From an uncultured delta proteobacterium (lineage in GTDB: Bacteria; Myxococcota_A; Polyangia; Polyangiales; Houyiibacteriaceae): 64,000 bases of DNA. The notes beneath the pieces are model-generated. The model saw only the letters and a program-made list of their open reading frames with translations, searched no databases and was not told the DNA's origin. The stretch spans positions 1,632,001-1,696,000 of the forward strand of contig CAVOVB010000001.1 in NCBI GenBank assembly GCA_963699755.1, given 5' to 3'. Shown here piece after piece: positions 1 to 9,721 of the stretch (within the stretch, counting starts at the first letter, position 1; each line of letters begins with the position of its first letter). The translations under genes were made by a program, and so were the position numbers.

Positions 1-1
1 C

Positions 2-79
2 GGCGCTGTCGATCTCGATCTCAGCGACGAGGTGTTCGCGTTCGAGAAGCCGACGCATGGTCGCTTCCGCCGTTGGTGA
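2..79 (+). CDS. C-terminal fragment of an unknown CDS running in from the left edge
   Basis: Frame 2 is open from the edge (GAVDLDLSDEVFAFEKPTHGRFRRW) to TGA at 77-79 and converges on the next gene. Confidence 0.4.
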   Translation, partial: GAVDLDLSDEVFAFEKPTHGRFRRW

Positions 80-126
80 GCGGCAGATGTTCCCAAGACA
101 AACGAAACAGAGACGGACAGTCATGG

Positions 127-1146
127 CTAGGGCGTGAGTAGGACCTTCCCGATGTTTTGGCCAGCTTCGATGTACGCATGCGCTTCCGCCGCGAACCCGA
201 AGGGGTAGCAGCGATCGACGTGCGGCTTGATTTGGTGCTCTTCGTAGAGCTTCAAGAGTGCCGTAAACGCATCGAACGTCAGATCGCGCTCGTCCCAGAG
301 ATGCCCCATGTTGACACCCGCCACGCCCTTGTTCTGCTGCATCAGGCGAATCGGCGTCCACAGGGGGACATGTGTGAATTCGCCGAGCATATGGGTCAGG
401 CGGCGCTTCCCCTTCTTCGCCATGTTCGCCCAGCCGAACGAGACGAGGAGACCTCCGGGTCGAAGCAACGAGAAGCCCTTCTTCCAGTCATTGCCTCCGA
501 GCGCGTCGAGCACGCAGTCGACCCCGCGGCCATCGGTCAGTCTTCGAACCTCTCCGACGTAGTCGGCAGAGTGATAGTCGATCGCGTGATCGCAGCCGTT
601 GTCCCGCACGTGATCGTGCTTGGCCTTCGACGCGGTGCCGTAGGTCGTGACCCCTCCGACCGTGCGGCAGAGCTGGCTCGCCGCGGTACCCACGCCACCC
701 GCGGCCTGGTGAATCAAGACCTTGTCCCCTGCTCTCAATCGAAACACGTTGAACAGCATGTGGTAGGCGGTGAGATACGTGACGGGCAGCGCGGCACCTT
801 CTTCAAAGCTCATTTGCTCCGGCATCAGGAACGTCTGCGCCGCATCGACGCACACTGCCTCTGCGTAACCGCCAAACCGGGTCATCGCCAAGACACGTTG
901 GCCCTCGCTTCGATCGGCGACTCCCTCGCCCACCGAGTCGATGACGCCGGACACCTCATAGCCGACCACCATCGGTGGGGATGGCGCGTCTGGATACAGC
1001 CCCTGCCGGGCCATGATGTCCGCAAAGTTGATCCCCGATGCTCGAACGCGAATCCTGACCTCGCCGGGCCCGGGCATCGGGTCCCGGCTCTCGCGGAGCT
1101 CGAGCACGTCGGACTTACCGTGCTTCGGAATCCAGATTGACTTCAT
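127..1146 (-). CDS. Medium-chain dehydrogenase/reductase, NADPH:quinone oxidoreductase (VAT-1-like)
   Basis: GINFADIMARQGLYP, GYEVSG, HQAAGGVGTA nucleotide-binding motif, C-terminal GKVLL. Confidence 0.9.
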   Translation of the reverse strand: MKSIWIPKHGKSDVLELRESRDPMPGPGEVRIRVRASGINFADIMARQGLYPDAPSPPMVVGYEVSGVIDSVGEGVADRSEGQRVLAMTRFGGYAEAVCVDAAQTFLMPEQMSFEEGAALPVTYLTAYHMLFNVFRLRAGDKVLIHQAAGGVGTAASQLCRTVGGVTTYGTASKAKHDHVRDNGCDHAIDYHSADYVGEVRRLTDGRGVDCVLDALGGNDWKKGFSLLRPGGLLVSFGWANMAKKGKRRLTHMLGEFTHVPLWTPIRLMQQNKGVAGVNMGHLWDERDLTFDAFTALLKLYEEHQIKPHVDRCYPFGFAAEAHAYIEAGQNIGKVLLTP

Positions 1147-1209
1147 GTTTGACGACTAACTCTGGCCGGAACGATGTCAAGCCTCCTGGCGCCGTGTTAG
1201 GGTTCGGGC

Positions 1210-1623
1210 ATGGACGTCGTTTTAGCGCCCGACATCTACGTCAACGCTTCGATCGCGCTCGGGTCTCCGCCAGAGCGTGCCGTTCGGCGCGCGTTTGGAG
1301 GCCCCGCCAAACCAAAGACGTCGAAGTGGGTGATGGAACGCGTCGAGTCGATGCTTCACGCGCTTCCTCAGTTCAAAGACGAAGCGGTCGCACAGCAGAT
1401 GACGACCATTTGCGGTCTCGTCGACGTCGTCGAGACCACTGACTTCTTCATCGAAGACTGGAACGAGGCGCTCGTCGCGCTCGCAAAGGCCGCCGGGGTG
1501 GCTCGGGTGCTCACCGATCACCCTGATCTTCTCGCGGATAAAGGCGTGCTAGGCGTGGAGTTCGTCTCATCGGACGACTGGCTCCGCGAGCAGGTCACGC
1601 CTCCGCCACCACCTCCTGTCTAG
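1210..1623 (+). CDS. PIN-domain-like protein with a degenerate active site
   Basis: Pattern resembles the COG1569/PIN_3 family (VVL..., LVALAKAAG..VLTDHPDLL..GVEFVSSDDWL). Confidence 0.5.
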   Translation: MDVVLAPDIYVNASIALGSPPERAVRRAFGGPAKPKTSKWVMERVESMLHALPQFKDEAVAQQMTTICGLVDVVETTDFFIEDWNEALVALAKAAGVARVLTDHPDLLADKGVLGVEFVSSDDWLREQVTPPPPPPV

Positions 1624-1669
1624 CCTCGCGCCTTGAGCCAGGTAGCCCAGGCCTGCTAGAGGGTGACCC

Positions 1670-2149
1670 GTGTCCGATTCGTTTCTTCCGCAGAAGGATG
1701 AAATCAGGCGACGCCTCGAGGGGCGTTACGTCGGCGCAGTCCCGCACAACCAGGCTTTGGGTCTTCGAGTCGTCGACTACAGGCCCGAGCATCTCTCCCT
1801 TGCGCTTCCTTATCGGGTGGATCTCGTAGGCAACCCCGAGACGGAGGTTCTGCATGGTGGCTGCATCACCAGTCTGATCGATGCGACCTGTGGTGGAGCG
1901 GTCATCATGTCACTCGCTGCGCCACGGCGAATTGCGACGCTCGACCTTCGAATCGACTACGTGCGCCCGGCCCTGCCACATCAAGAAGTCATTTGCGGCG
2001 CTCATTGCTACAAAGTGACCAGGCACGTCGCGTTCGTGCGGGCCAAGGCGCACCACGGCGACAAGGCGAACCCCATCGCGACCGCGTCTGGAACGTTCGT
2101 CATTTTCCCGGACGAAGGGCGGCGAACGCAAGACGGGGTGCCCGAATGA
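1670..2149 (+). CDS. PaaI-family hotdog thioesterase
   Basis: GNPETEVLHGGCITSLIDATCG and ATLDLRIDYVRPA motifs. Confidence 0.9.
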   Translation: MSDSFLPQKDEIRRRLEGRYVGAVPHNQALGLRVVDYRPEHLSLALPYRVDLVGNPETEVLHGGCITSLIDATCGGAVIMSLAAPRRIATLDLRIDYVRPALPHQEVICGAHCYKVTRHVAFVRAKAHHGDKANPIATASGTFVIFPDEGRRTQDGVPE

Positions 2150-2583
2150 GGCTGCGCGATGCGGTGGTGGACCTTCGCCAAACGGGTGACTTCACGTCGC
2201 TCCAGGAGGCGATCCCCTACGCCCGGTTCATGGGCATCAGTTGCGAGCTCGTCGACGGCGAGGTCATTGGCCGAATGCGCTACTCGGACCACTTGGTCGG
2301 CAATGCGAACGTGCCCGCGCTTCATGGAGGTACGCTTGGTGCGCTCATGGAGTCGACTGCGATTTTCAAATTGCTCTGGCATGGAGAAACGACGGCAATC
2401 CCCAAGACGATCAACATCACCGTCGAGTTCCTCCGAGGCGCCGGTCCCCAGGACGTGCTCGCTCGGGCGGAATTCACGCGGCGGGGAAGGCGAGTCGCCA
2501 ACGTTCGTGTATTCGCGTATCAGGACGACCCGGACTGCCCGGTCGCCGTGGCAACCGCGCACTTTCTCTTGGTTCAAGATTGA
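2146..2583 (+). CDS. PaaI-family hotdog thioesterase (second, translationally coupled)
   Basis: ATGA overlap with the previous gene; PALHGGTLGALME, PKTINITVEFLR. Confidence 0.88.
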   Translation: MRLRDAVVDLRQTGDFTSLQEAIPYARFMGISCELVDGEVIGRMRYSDHLVGNANVPALHGGTLGALMESTAIFKLLWHGETTAIPKTINITVEFLRGAGPQDVLARAEFTRRGRRVANVRVFAYQDDPDCPVAVATAHFLLVQD

Positions 2584-2584
2584 G

Positions 2585-3664
2585 ATGATCAAGCAGCCGA
2601 TTCACGGGCTTTGCAACGCCGAGCTAGCCCAACGCGCGAAGGTGCTGCTCCCTCGTGGGCACGGGATCGCTCGGCGGATTCATCGGCAAGTCATGCGCGA
2701 AGGCCGCTTCGAGCCGGAGAGCTTTGGGCTCGGCCAGGAGGCCGCTGAGGCATGGCGTGTAGCGTTTTCCTTCGAGCTCCCGAAGCTCGTCGCCGTGAAG
2801 TCCGACGACGGTGACGATGGTGCGACCTCCAAGATGGTCGTGCGATTGCAAGACGGGCTCGAAGTCGAGTCGGTCCGAATCCCCATGGGGCGGGGTCGAT
2901 ACACTCTGTGCGTCTCGAGCCAAGTCGGTTGCAAGATGGGCTGCACGTTTTGCGAAACCGGGCGCATGGGTTTGCTCCGCCACCTTCGAACCGACGAGAT
3001 CATCGCCCAGCTGCTCGTCGCAAGACATGGGCTCGGCTGGCCGATTCGCAACCTCGTCTTCATGGGGATGGGCGAGGCACTCGACAATTCCAAGAACGTG
3101 CTCCAGGCGTTACGGGTGCTGAACGACGAGGCGGGCTTGGCGATCGGCCAGGAGCGTCTGACGATTTGCACGGTCGGGCATGTTGAAGGAATCGGGCTTC
3201 TTGCCGAGCTTGGGCTCAAGCGGCTCAATCTTTCGATCAGCTTGAACGCGGCGAACGACTCGTTGCGAAACGAGCTGATGCCGATCAACCGACGTAGCGA
3301 CCTCGCGGCGCTCCAGAGGGCCCTCATGGCGTACCGCCCTCGTCGTAACTTCGTGCTTGGTGTCAATTACTGTCTCCTGCCGGGGATCAACGACACCGAA
3401 GCCGATGCGCGTGCCGTAGCGGCGTTTTGCAAGCCCCTCGATCGGGTGCTCGTCAACCTCATTCCCTACAATCCCGGCTCGATGCCGCTTACGCGCGCGC
3501 CCGACGACGCCGAGGTCGAGCGTTTCATCGCCTGGCTCCGCGCCGAGGGCCTGCCCGTGCGCGAGCGTGTGACCAAAGGCCGCAGCGTCATGGCTGCCTG
3601 CGGGCAGCTCGGCAATCCCGCAGCGCGCGCGGAGCTCAAGGCGCTCCGAACCCTGCGAGCCTAG
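2585..3664 (+). CDS. rlmN: RlmN/Cfr-family radical SAM RNA methyltransferase (divergent RlmN-like)
   Basis: [13 protein letters not shown] (CxxxCxxC), MGMGE, C-terminal AACGQL; start placed at ATG 2585. Confidence 0.8.
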   Translation: MIKQPIHGLCNAELAQRAKVLLPRGHGIARRIHRQVMREGRFEPESFGLGQEAAEAWRVAFSFELPKLVAVKSDDGDDGATSKMVVRLQDGLEVESVRIPMGRGRYTLCVSSQVGCKMGCTFCETGRMGLLRHLRTDEIIAQLLVARHGLGWPIRNLVFMGMGEALDNSKNVLQALRVLNDEAGLAIGQERLTICTVGHVEGIGLLAELGLKRLNLSISLNAANDSLRNELMPINRRSDLAALQRALMAYRPRRNFVLGVNYCLLPGINDTEADARAVAAFCKPLDRVLVNLIPYNPGSMPLTRAPDDAEVERFIAWLRAEGLPVRERVTKGRSVMAACGQLGNPAARAELKALRTLRA

Positions 3665-5034
3665 CGCTTCCGGCTCTTTTTGCCCCGGTACCGGACACGG
3701 ATCGGTGTCCCCTGGAACCCGAATCGCTTGCGGATCTGATTGACCACGTATCGCTGGTAGCTGAAGTGCACGTCCTTGGGCGAGTTCGTCATGATGACGA
3801 ACGTCGGAGGCGCAACGCTCGCCTGGGTGATGTAATAGAACCGGACCGAGCGATGGTGCATCGTCGGGGCGGGGTGCTTCTCGAGGACTTCTTCGAAGAA
3901 GCGATTCATCTCCGCCGTGCCGATTCGCTTACGATGCTCGATCACCGCGTCATCCACACGCCCTAGCAAGGCCTTGATTCCCCGTCCCTCGAGCGCGCTC
4001 ACCGTCACCATGGGTGCCCATGGCACGAAGGCCAGGACTTCGCGCGTTCGATCCATGGCTTTTTTCTGCGCCTCTCGGCTGAGCAGGTCAGTCTTGTTGA
4101 GCGCAATGATCAGCGCACGACCCCTGTCGTGGACGAGACCGGCGATTTTTGCGTCCTGCTCACCGACCCCCGCTTCGGCGTCGATCATGAGCACGACGAC
4201 GTGACTTCGTTCGATCGACCGGATCGCTTGGAGCACGCTCAGACCTTCGATACCGCGCTTCTTCACGCTCCGCTTGCGACGAATCCCAGCGGTGTCGATT
4301 AGGATCAGACTCTGTCCGTCGCGCTCGACCAGCGTGTCGATGCTGTCCACGGTGGTCCCGGGCCGATCGTCGACCAACTGACGCTCTTCGCCGCAGAGCT
4401 GATTCACCAAGGAAGACTTGCCCGCATTCGGCCTACCGATGATCGCGACTCGAGGAACGTTCAGCGCCGGCTCGCTGATCTCCTCGGCCTCGGGGAGTTG
4501 CTCGAAGATCGCCTCTTCCAAGTCGCCGATGCCTCGCCCGTGAAGCGCGGAGATCGGCATGATCGAGTTGATCCCGAGCTCGTAGTACGACACCGCGTCG
4601 TGCTCCCTTGCCTGCGAGTCCGCCTTGTTGGCAACGAAGATCACGGGCTTACCTGCGTCGCGCAGGAGTGCAACGGCTTCGCGGTCCGCGGGCAACGGAT
4701 CGACTGTGGCATCCACCACGCAGACGACGACATCACACTCTTCGAGCGCCAATCGAACCTGGCTCGTGATGCCAGCCTTCATCGGGTCGTCGCTGTCCGG
4801 GTCGAATCCACCGGTGTCGATCAGTACGAATTCACGGCCTAGCGCGAACGAATCTGCGTAGTGGCGGTCCCGGGTCACCCCTGGGATGTCCTCTACGATG
4901 GCGATGTGCTGCCCGGCCAAGCGGTTGAACAGCGTGCTCTTGCCGACATTCGGACGACCGACGATGGCGACCAAGGGCTTGTTGACGACGGAGCCCGCAG
5001 GCCTTCGTGCGTGGTGGCGATGCCGTCCGGTCAT
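3661..5034 (-). CDS. der: Ribosome biogenesis GTPase Der (EngA)
   Basis: Two G domains ([32 protein letters not shown]) and a KH-like C-terminus; ATGA overlap with era. Confidence 0.96.
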   Translation of the reverse strand: MTGRHRHHARRPAGSVVNKPLVAIVGRPNVGKSTLFNRLAGQHIAIVEDIPGVTRDRHYADSFALGREFVLIDTGGFDPDSDDPMKAGITSQVRLALEECDVVVCVVDATVDPLPADREAVALLRDAGKPVIFVANKADSQAREHDAVSYYELGINSIMPISALHGRGIGDLEEAIFEQLPEAEEISEPALNVPRVAIIGRPNAGKSSLVNQLCGEERQLVDDRPGTTVDSIDTLVERDGQSLILIDTAGIRRKRSVKKRGIEGLSVLQAIRSIERSHVVVLMIDAEAGVGEQDAKIAGLVHDRGRALIIALNKTDLLSREAQKKAMDRTREVLAFVPWAPMVTVSALEGRGIKALLGRVDDAVIEHRKRIGTAEMNRFFEEVLEKHPAPTMHHRSVRFYYITQASVAPPTFVIMTNSPKDVHFSYQRYVVNQIRKRFGFQGTPIRVRYRGKKSRKR

Positions 5035-5969
5035 GACCGACCCTCTTCGATGGCGAGCTGACGCACTTTGGTTGGGTCCCGGGTCCAACCGGGGATGACC
5101 TTCACCCACAGGCGCAGATACACCTTGCGCTCCAAGAAGGCCTCGATCTGCAGGCGTGCCTCGGTGCTGATCTTCTTGATCGTCTCGCCCTGGCTCCCGA
5201 TCACGATCGCCTTGTGGCTCGGCTTCTCGACGATGAGCGTGCCTTCGATTCGGAGCAGGCTGCCCTCTTCGCGATAGCTCTCGAGATCGCATGCGATTCC
5301 GTACGGGATTTCCTGGCGCGTGTTGAGCATCGCCGCCTCACGAACCAGCTCGCTCACGAAGAAACGTTCCGGTCTGTCGGTCAGGAAATCGGCATCGTAG
5401 AGAAGCCCTTCGGGTAGGGTCGTACGAATCTCATCAAGCAGCGCCTCGAGGTTGGTTCCCCGAGTTGCCGAGATCGGCACCACTGCGGCGAACGCGCGAT
5501 TCTTCTGATACGCCTCGATGAAGGCGAAGAGCCTCTCTTTGACTTTGAGCCGGTCGACCTTGTTGATCGCGAGGATGACCGGCACGTTCGTGGCCTCCAG
5601 CGCCTGCAGGGCGGTCCGATCCTTCTCGTGGACCGCGAGCGCGGCCCCTGGCCTTGGCGCCTCCGTCACGAACACGATCGTGTCGCAGTCGACGAGCCCC
5701 TGCTTGGCGCTGTCGATCAGGACCCGGCCGAGCGCTCCTTTGGGTCGCTCGAGCCCTGGTGTGTCCACGAAGGCCACCTGCGTAGGCGGATCGCTTGAGG
5801 CGTAGACCCCCAACACGCAGGACCGGGTCGTCCCTGGCCGCGGCGTCGCAATCACGAGCTTCTGCCCGAGCAGCGCGTTGAGCAGCGTCGACTTGCCCAC
5901 ATTGGGTCGGCCGACGATCGCACATCGGCCGGCGCGCGCCGCATCGGCATGGTTTTCGGGGATCGGCAT
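5031..5969 (-). CDS. era: GTPase Era
   Basis: [25 protein letters not shown] and KH domain IVIGSQG; start at MPIPENH. Confidence 0.95.
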   Translation of the reverse strand: MPIPENHADAARAGRCAIVGRPNVGKSTLLNALLGQKLVIATPRPGTTRSCVLGVYASSDPPTQVAFVDTPGLERPKGALGRVLIDSAKQGLVDCDTIVFVTEAPRPGAALAVHEKDRTALQALEATNVPVILAINKVDRLKVKERLFAFIEAYQKNRAFAAVVPISATRGTNLEALLDEIRTTLPEGLLYDADFLTDRPERFFVSELVREAAMLNTRQEIPYGIACDLESYREEGSLLRIEGTLIVEKPSHKAIVIGSQGETIKKISTEARLQIEAFLERKVYLRLWVKVIPGWTRDPTKVRQLAIEEGRS

Positions 5970-6042
5970 GGAGGGGCCGGAGTGTAGCGGGGGCCTGCCG
6001 CGGATCGAGCCGGAAGCGTGGCCCCCCGAAGTCCTGTGAGCT

Positions 6043-6486
6043 ATGCTCGCCGCGCTCATGCGATTTATCACTTCCCCGTTGCTTTGGCTTTTTTCCGTTT
6101 TCCTTCTTCTTCTGGTCGCCTGCGTGGGCGGCGTGGGCACTACCTGCTTTCAGAACGACGAATGCGACGGCGCGCTGCTCTGCTGTCATCTGAGTAGCCC
6201 GTTCACCCAGGGCTTCTGCGAAACCCAAGGGGTATGTGACGATCTCCGCGGCAACCAAGGCGGCGCTGGCGGCAACGGCGGCTCGGCTGGTGCGGGCGGC
6301 CAGGGTGGCCAGGCCGGCCAAGGCGGCGTTGGCGGCATGGCAGGCGCTGGCGGTATGGCCGGCGCTGGAGGAGAGGGCGGCGCGGCTGGCCAAGGCGGCC
6401 AAGGTGGCGCGGCCGGCATCGGTGGCGCGTCCGGGGCGGGCGGCAACGGTGGCTCGGCTGGCGCGGGCGGCAACGGAGGCGCCTAG
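6043..6486 (+). CDS. Secreted or lipid-anchored protein with a Cys-rich domain and Gly/Ala-rich tail
   Basis: Hydrophobic signal ending LVAC, six further Cys, long GGxGG tail; start may be 6058. Confidence 0.7.
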   Translation: MLAALMRFITSPLLWLFSVFLLLLVACVGGVGTTCFQNDECDGALLCCHLSSPFTQGFCETQGVCDDLRGNQGGAGGNGGSAGAGGQGGQAGQGGVGGMAGAGGMAGAGGEGGAAGQGGQGGAAGIGGASGAGGNGGSAGAGGNGGA

Positions 6487-6491
6487 TCTCC

Positions 6492-7472
6492 ATGAGGCTG
6501 CTTCTTCCCGCGGTGCTCATTGTTGGTCTCGCGGCCGTGGCCGGTGCGCAGGAGGCTACCAACCCTACAGACCTTCCGCCGCTGCCTTCCGATGACGAGC
6601 TCGCCGCGCTTCTTTCGAATCCGGCGACGACCGCGGCCGATGCCTACGAGCTGGGCAGACGTTCCTTCGAGGCGAAGCGCTACGAAGCGGCGGAGCAGGC
6701 CTGGCTTCGAGCATTCGAGCTGAAGCGAGACCCGACCCTCCTCGTGGCGGTGGCCGATACACGACAACGCCGTGGAGACGAGCCCGGGGCCGTCGCCATG
6801 CTGGAACAATACTTGGTCGAGCGGCCCGATGCCCCGGACGCCGAATCGGTCCATGTGCGGATCGCGACTCTTCTCAAGAGCCCGGCAGTGCTGCTCGTTC
6901 GCTCCGAGCAAGTTGGCCGTGCGATTTTGCTCGATGGCGTTCCCAGCACGAAAAAGACGCCTGCCGAGCTCGAGGTCGACCCCGGGGTGCACGTCGTGGT
7001 CGTCGTGGGCGACGGGAAGCAGGTCGGCGAAAAGACGGTGCAGGTTGGATACGGTGAGGTGCGGGAGCTCGATTTCAGCGCCGAGCCGACGAGGAGCCTG
7101 ATCGTCAAGCAAAGCGAAGAGGCAAAGTTGGCGGCTCAGCGCGCGATCGAACGTGAGGATCAGACGATCCGCCGGGCGGTGATTTCTACCGGCAGCATCG
7201 CTGCAGCGTCCCTGGTCACGGGCGCGGTGCTGGGGGCCTTGGGGTACCGAGACGACGAAGGTGACCCGACCAACCAGACCCAACAGGCGGCCGACCGGGA
7301 CCAGCGGCGGGCCCTTTTTGCGAACCTATCGTTTGGTTTGGCGGCCTTGTCCGCGATCACTTCGTTCACGCTATTCATGACCCACAAGAACAAACGAAAG
7401 CGTGAGCGCGAGACGGCGCGGTGGCACATCGAAACACTCGGGGCCGGCGCCTCGGCGACCCTGCGGTTCTGA
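6492..7472 (+). CDS. TPR plus PEGA domain membrane protein
   Basis: Signal peptide, TPR-like helices (AYELGRRSFEAKRYEAAEQAW), PEGA-like ILLDG..TPAELEVDPGVH, C-terminal TM segments. Confidence 0.75.
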   Translation: MRLLLPAVLIVGLAAVAGAQEATNPTDLPPLPSDDELAALLSNPATTAADAYELGRRSFEAKRYEAAEQAWLRAFELKRDPTLLVAVADTRQRRGDEPGAVAMLEQYLVERPDAPDAESVHVRIATLLKSPAVLLVRSEQVGRAILLDGVPSTKKTPAELEVDPGVHVVVVVGDGKQVGEKTVQVGYGEVRELDFSAEPTRSLIVKQSEEAKLAAQRAIEREDQTIRRAVISTGSIAAASLVTGAVLGALGYRDDEGDPTNQTQQAADRDQRRALFANLSFGLAALSAITSFTLFMTHKNKRKRERETARWHIETLGAGASATLRF

Positions 7473-7488
7473 GCTGGCGCAATTCGGG

Positions 7489-8730
7489 CTAGCGGCCGAG
7501 CAGGTGCACGCGTGTTCGAAGCGAGCGCATCACGGCGAGCTGGGTCGCCGCGACGAAGCCGTGCGAGAAATATGTGTTTCCGGCGATCAGCTTGCGAATG
7601 AGCTTTGGGGAATCTGCCGGATCGAAGCTGGCCCAAGCGATGACGCCGGCTTCACCTCCGGGGTAGCGGTAGGTGTCGAAGCGCCACTTGCCCTTCGACA
7701 GTGTGCCTGAAATGCCATCGACCGAGACAACCCTGGGGCTGGGTCGGAGGATCATCTCTCCACCGACGTGCAGCAGTGGGATCGGGATCTCCCATTCAAA
7801 CCGCGTCCCCTTCTCGCTGCGTTCGACGACCTCTGCGCAGCTTCCATGGAGTAGCGATTTGCCGAACTCCTCCGGATCGAGCATGACCCGGCGCACCCGC
7901 CTCTCGCTGGCTCCGGCGCGGCCGATGACCGCCACGCTGTGCAGCGTCGACCCGTCCATATCCATGAACACCAAGTCCCCACGCGCGAGGAGCGAGCGCA
8001 GCGCGTACATGTCGACCTGCGGTCTGCGAAGGGGCTTTGCGGCATAAATCCCGTCGATGGACGTCCCTGCACGCCGTTCCGCTTCCGCCTTGACCTCGAG
8101 TAGGGTGACCATGGCCACGGCGACGTTGACCGTTCGATTCACCGCGTTCCCTTCCGAAGCGAGCTGACGTGTGATGTAGTTCGCGTTGCGCATGTCGAGG
8201 CGCGAGGCGAAAACGACGAGCGACCGATCGGGACCCTCCGGGTAGACGCGCCACATGACCCGACCGATGCCGAGATCTCCGCCTGTCGTCCGGATGTCGA
8301 AGCGGTACCCGCGCGTCGAGTCGCCCGGGTAGCTCGTCATCACGTTCTGGCCGGTGAGCGAGAACAGCGTGACTCCCCAGCTCCAGTCGAAGGCGGTCAT
8401 CTGCCCGCTGACCTCGCGAATGTCCACCGAAGTCAGCGCATTCATGAAGCGCGGATACTCCGCGGGTTTTCCAATGACCCCGGCGATCGTCTTCGCAGGT
8501 GCCTGGATGCGCGCCGCGTAGATCACGGCCGGCAGGTCGGTCTGCCGGTTTTGGAACTCGGTCAGCAGGACGGGCCCGTGTACGAGGTGCGGTGCGAGCA
8601 GTGCCCGCTCTTCGACGTTGAGCGCGCCGAGCCGCGCGACCGAGGCATCGACTTTGCCGCTCTCACGCTCCGCAAAGGCGCTGCTGCTCCACGCCGCCAA
8701 GAGGATGAAAACTGTAAGAAATCTCCGCAT
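7489..8730 (-). CDS. Secreted protein with two START/SRPBCC-like domains
   Basis: Signal peptide; two repeats of the pattern AxI.A....V...P.EY..F ... GxL..GxWR. Confidence 0.55.
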   Translation of the reverse strand: MRRFLTVFILLAAWSSSAFAERESGKVDASVARLGALNVEERALLAPHLVHGPVLLTEFQNRQTDLPAVIYAARIQAPAKTIAGVIGKPAEYPRFMNALTSVDIREVSGQMTAFDWSWGVTLFSLTGQNVMTSYPGDSTRGYRFDIRTTGGDLGIGRVMWRVYPEGPDRSLVVFASRLDMRNANYITRQLASEGNAVNRTVNVAVAMVTLLEVKAEAERRAGTSIDGIYAAKPLRRPQVDMYALRSLLARGDLVFMDMDGSTLHSVAVIGRAGASERRVRRVMLDPEEFGKSLLHGSCAEVVERSEKGTRFEWEIPIPLLHVGGEMILRPSPRVVSVDGISGTLSKGKWRFDTYRYPGGEAGVIAWASFDPADSPKLIRKLIAGNTYFSHGFVAATQLAVMRSLRTRVHLLGR

Positions 8731-8799
8731 GCCGTTTGGACGACCTCGCTTGCCTATTCTTCAATCCCGCGACAAAACGGCCCTCGAGAGGACTCTACC

Positions 8800-8955
8800 G
8801 TGCGCGCAAAGAGCCAATGGACCCCGGGCGGCAGCCTATTGTGGCTGATCGCTGCAGTTCTCGCGAGCCTCGTCGTCTGCTCACTGTCCACGCCTGCCGC
8901 CGAGCCTCTCGATGCGACCGAGGAGGTGGAGATCGAGCTCGAGCTCGGCGAGTGA
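8800..8955 (+). CDS. Small 51-aa protein with a hydrophobic segment and acidic tail
   Basis: GTG at 8800 after GAGAGGA; fills the gap between genes. Confidence 0.4.
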   Translation: MRAKSQWTPGGSLLWLIAAVLASLVVCSLSTPAAEPLDATEEVEIELELGE

Positions 8956-9037
8956 CCGGACCTTGGATTTCTCGAAGGAGCCAGCCTGTGCCCAGGCTCT
9001 GCTTGACCCTGCGAGCCCCCCGCCCTTTACTAGCGGC

Positions 9038-9685
9038 ATGCAGATTTTCATCGACACCGCCGACATCGAGGAGATCCGTGATGCCGCCGCCATGGGCGTC
9101 ATCGATGGCGTGACGACCAACCCGTCCCTCGTGGCCAAAACCGGGCGGCCCTTCCAAGAGGTGCTGGTCGACATTTGCGAAGTCGTCGACGGCCCGATCA
9201 GCGCGGAGGTCGTTGCGACCGACTACGAAGGGATGCTCAAGGAGGCCCGAGTCCTCGCCAAGATGCATGAGAACATCGTCGTCAAGATTCCCTTGATCCC
9301 CGAGGGCCTCAAGGCGGTGCGAACGCTCACCGATGAAGGCATCCGTACCAACGTCACGCTATGCTTCAGCCCGACGCAAGGGCTGCTCGCCGCCAAGGCA
9401 GGCGCGACCTACATTAGCCCGTTCATCGGCCGTATCGACGACATCGCGGGCAACGGAATGGAGCTCGTCGAGCAGTTGGTCACGATCTACCAAAACTATG
9501 GGCTGACCACGCAGGTTCTCGCCGCGAGCATTCGTCATCCCGTTCACGCCGTGCAGGCTGCTCTCATCGGCGCGGACGTCGCAACCATTCCGCACAAGGT
9601 CATCCTTCAGCTGTTGAAGCATCCCCTCACCGACATCGGCCTCGAGCGGTTCCTGGCTGACGCGAAGAAGATTCCGACCGGGTAA
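9038..9685 (+). CDS. fsa: Transaldolase / fructose-6-phosphate aldolase family
   Basis: [40 protein letters not shown]. Confidence 0.93.
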   Translation: MQIFIDTADIEEIRDAAAMGVIDGVTTNPSLVAKTGRPFQEVLVDICEVVDGPISAEVVATDYEGMLKEARVLAKMHENIVVKIPLIPEGLKAVRTLTDEGIRTNVTLCFSPTQGLLAAKAGATYISPFIGRIDDIAGNGMELVEQLVTIYQNYGLTTQVLAASIRHPVHAVQAALIGADVATIPHKVILQLLKHPLTDIGLERFLADAKKIPTG

Positions 9686-9721
9686 GGCGCGGCGAGTCGC
9701 AAACCTCACTACGAGTCATCC

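Noticed and set aside
2585..3664. Bona fide cfr resistance gene
   Set aside because: Retains RlmN-type SSQVGC and sits in a core chromosomal context; only some residues are Cfr-like
6250..6483. GGC-rich tandem DNA repeat, or the Pro-rich antisense ORF 6186-6473
   Set aside because: Explained by the Gly/Ala-rich tail of the plus-strand protein
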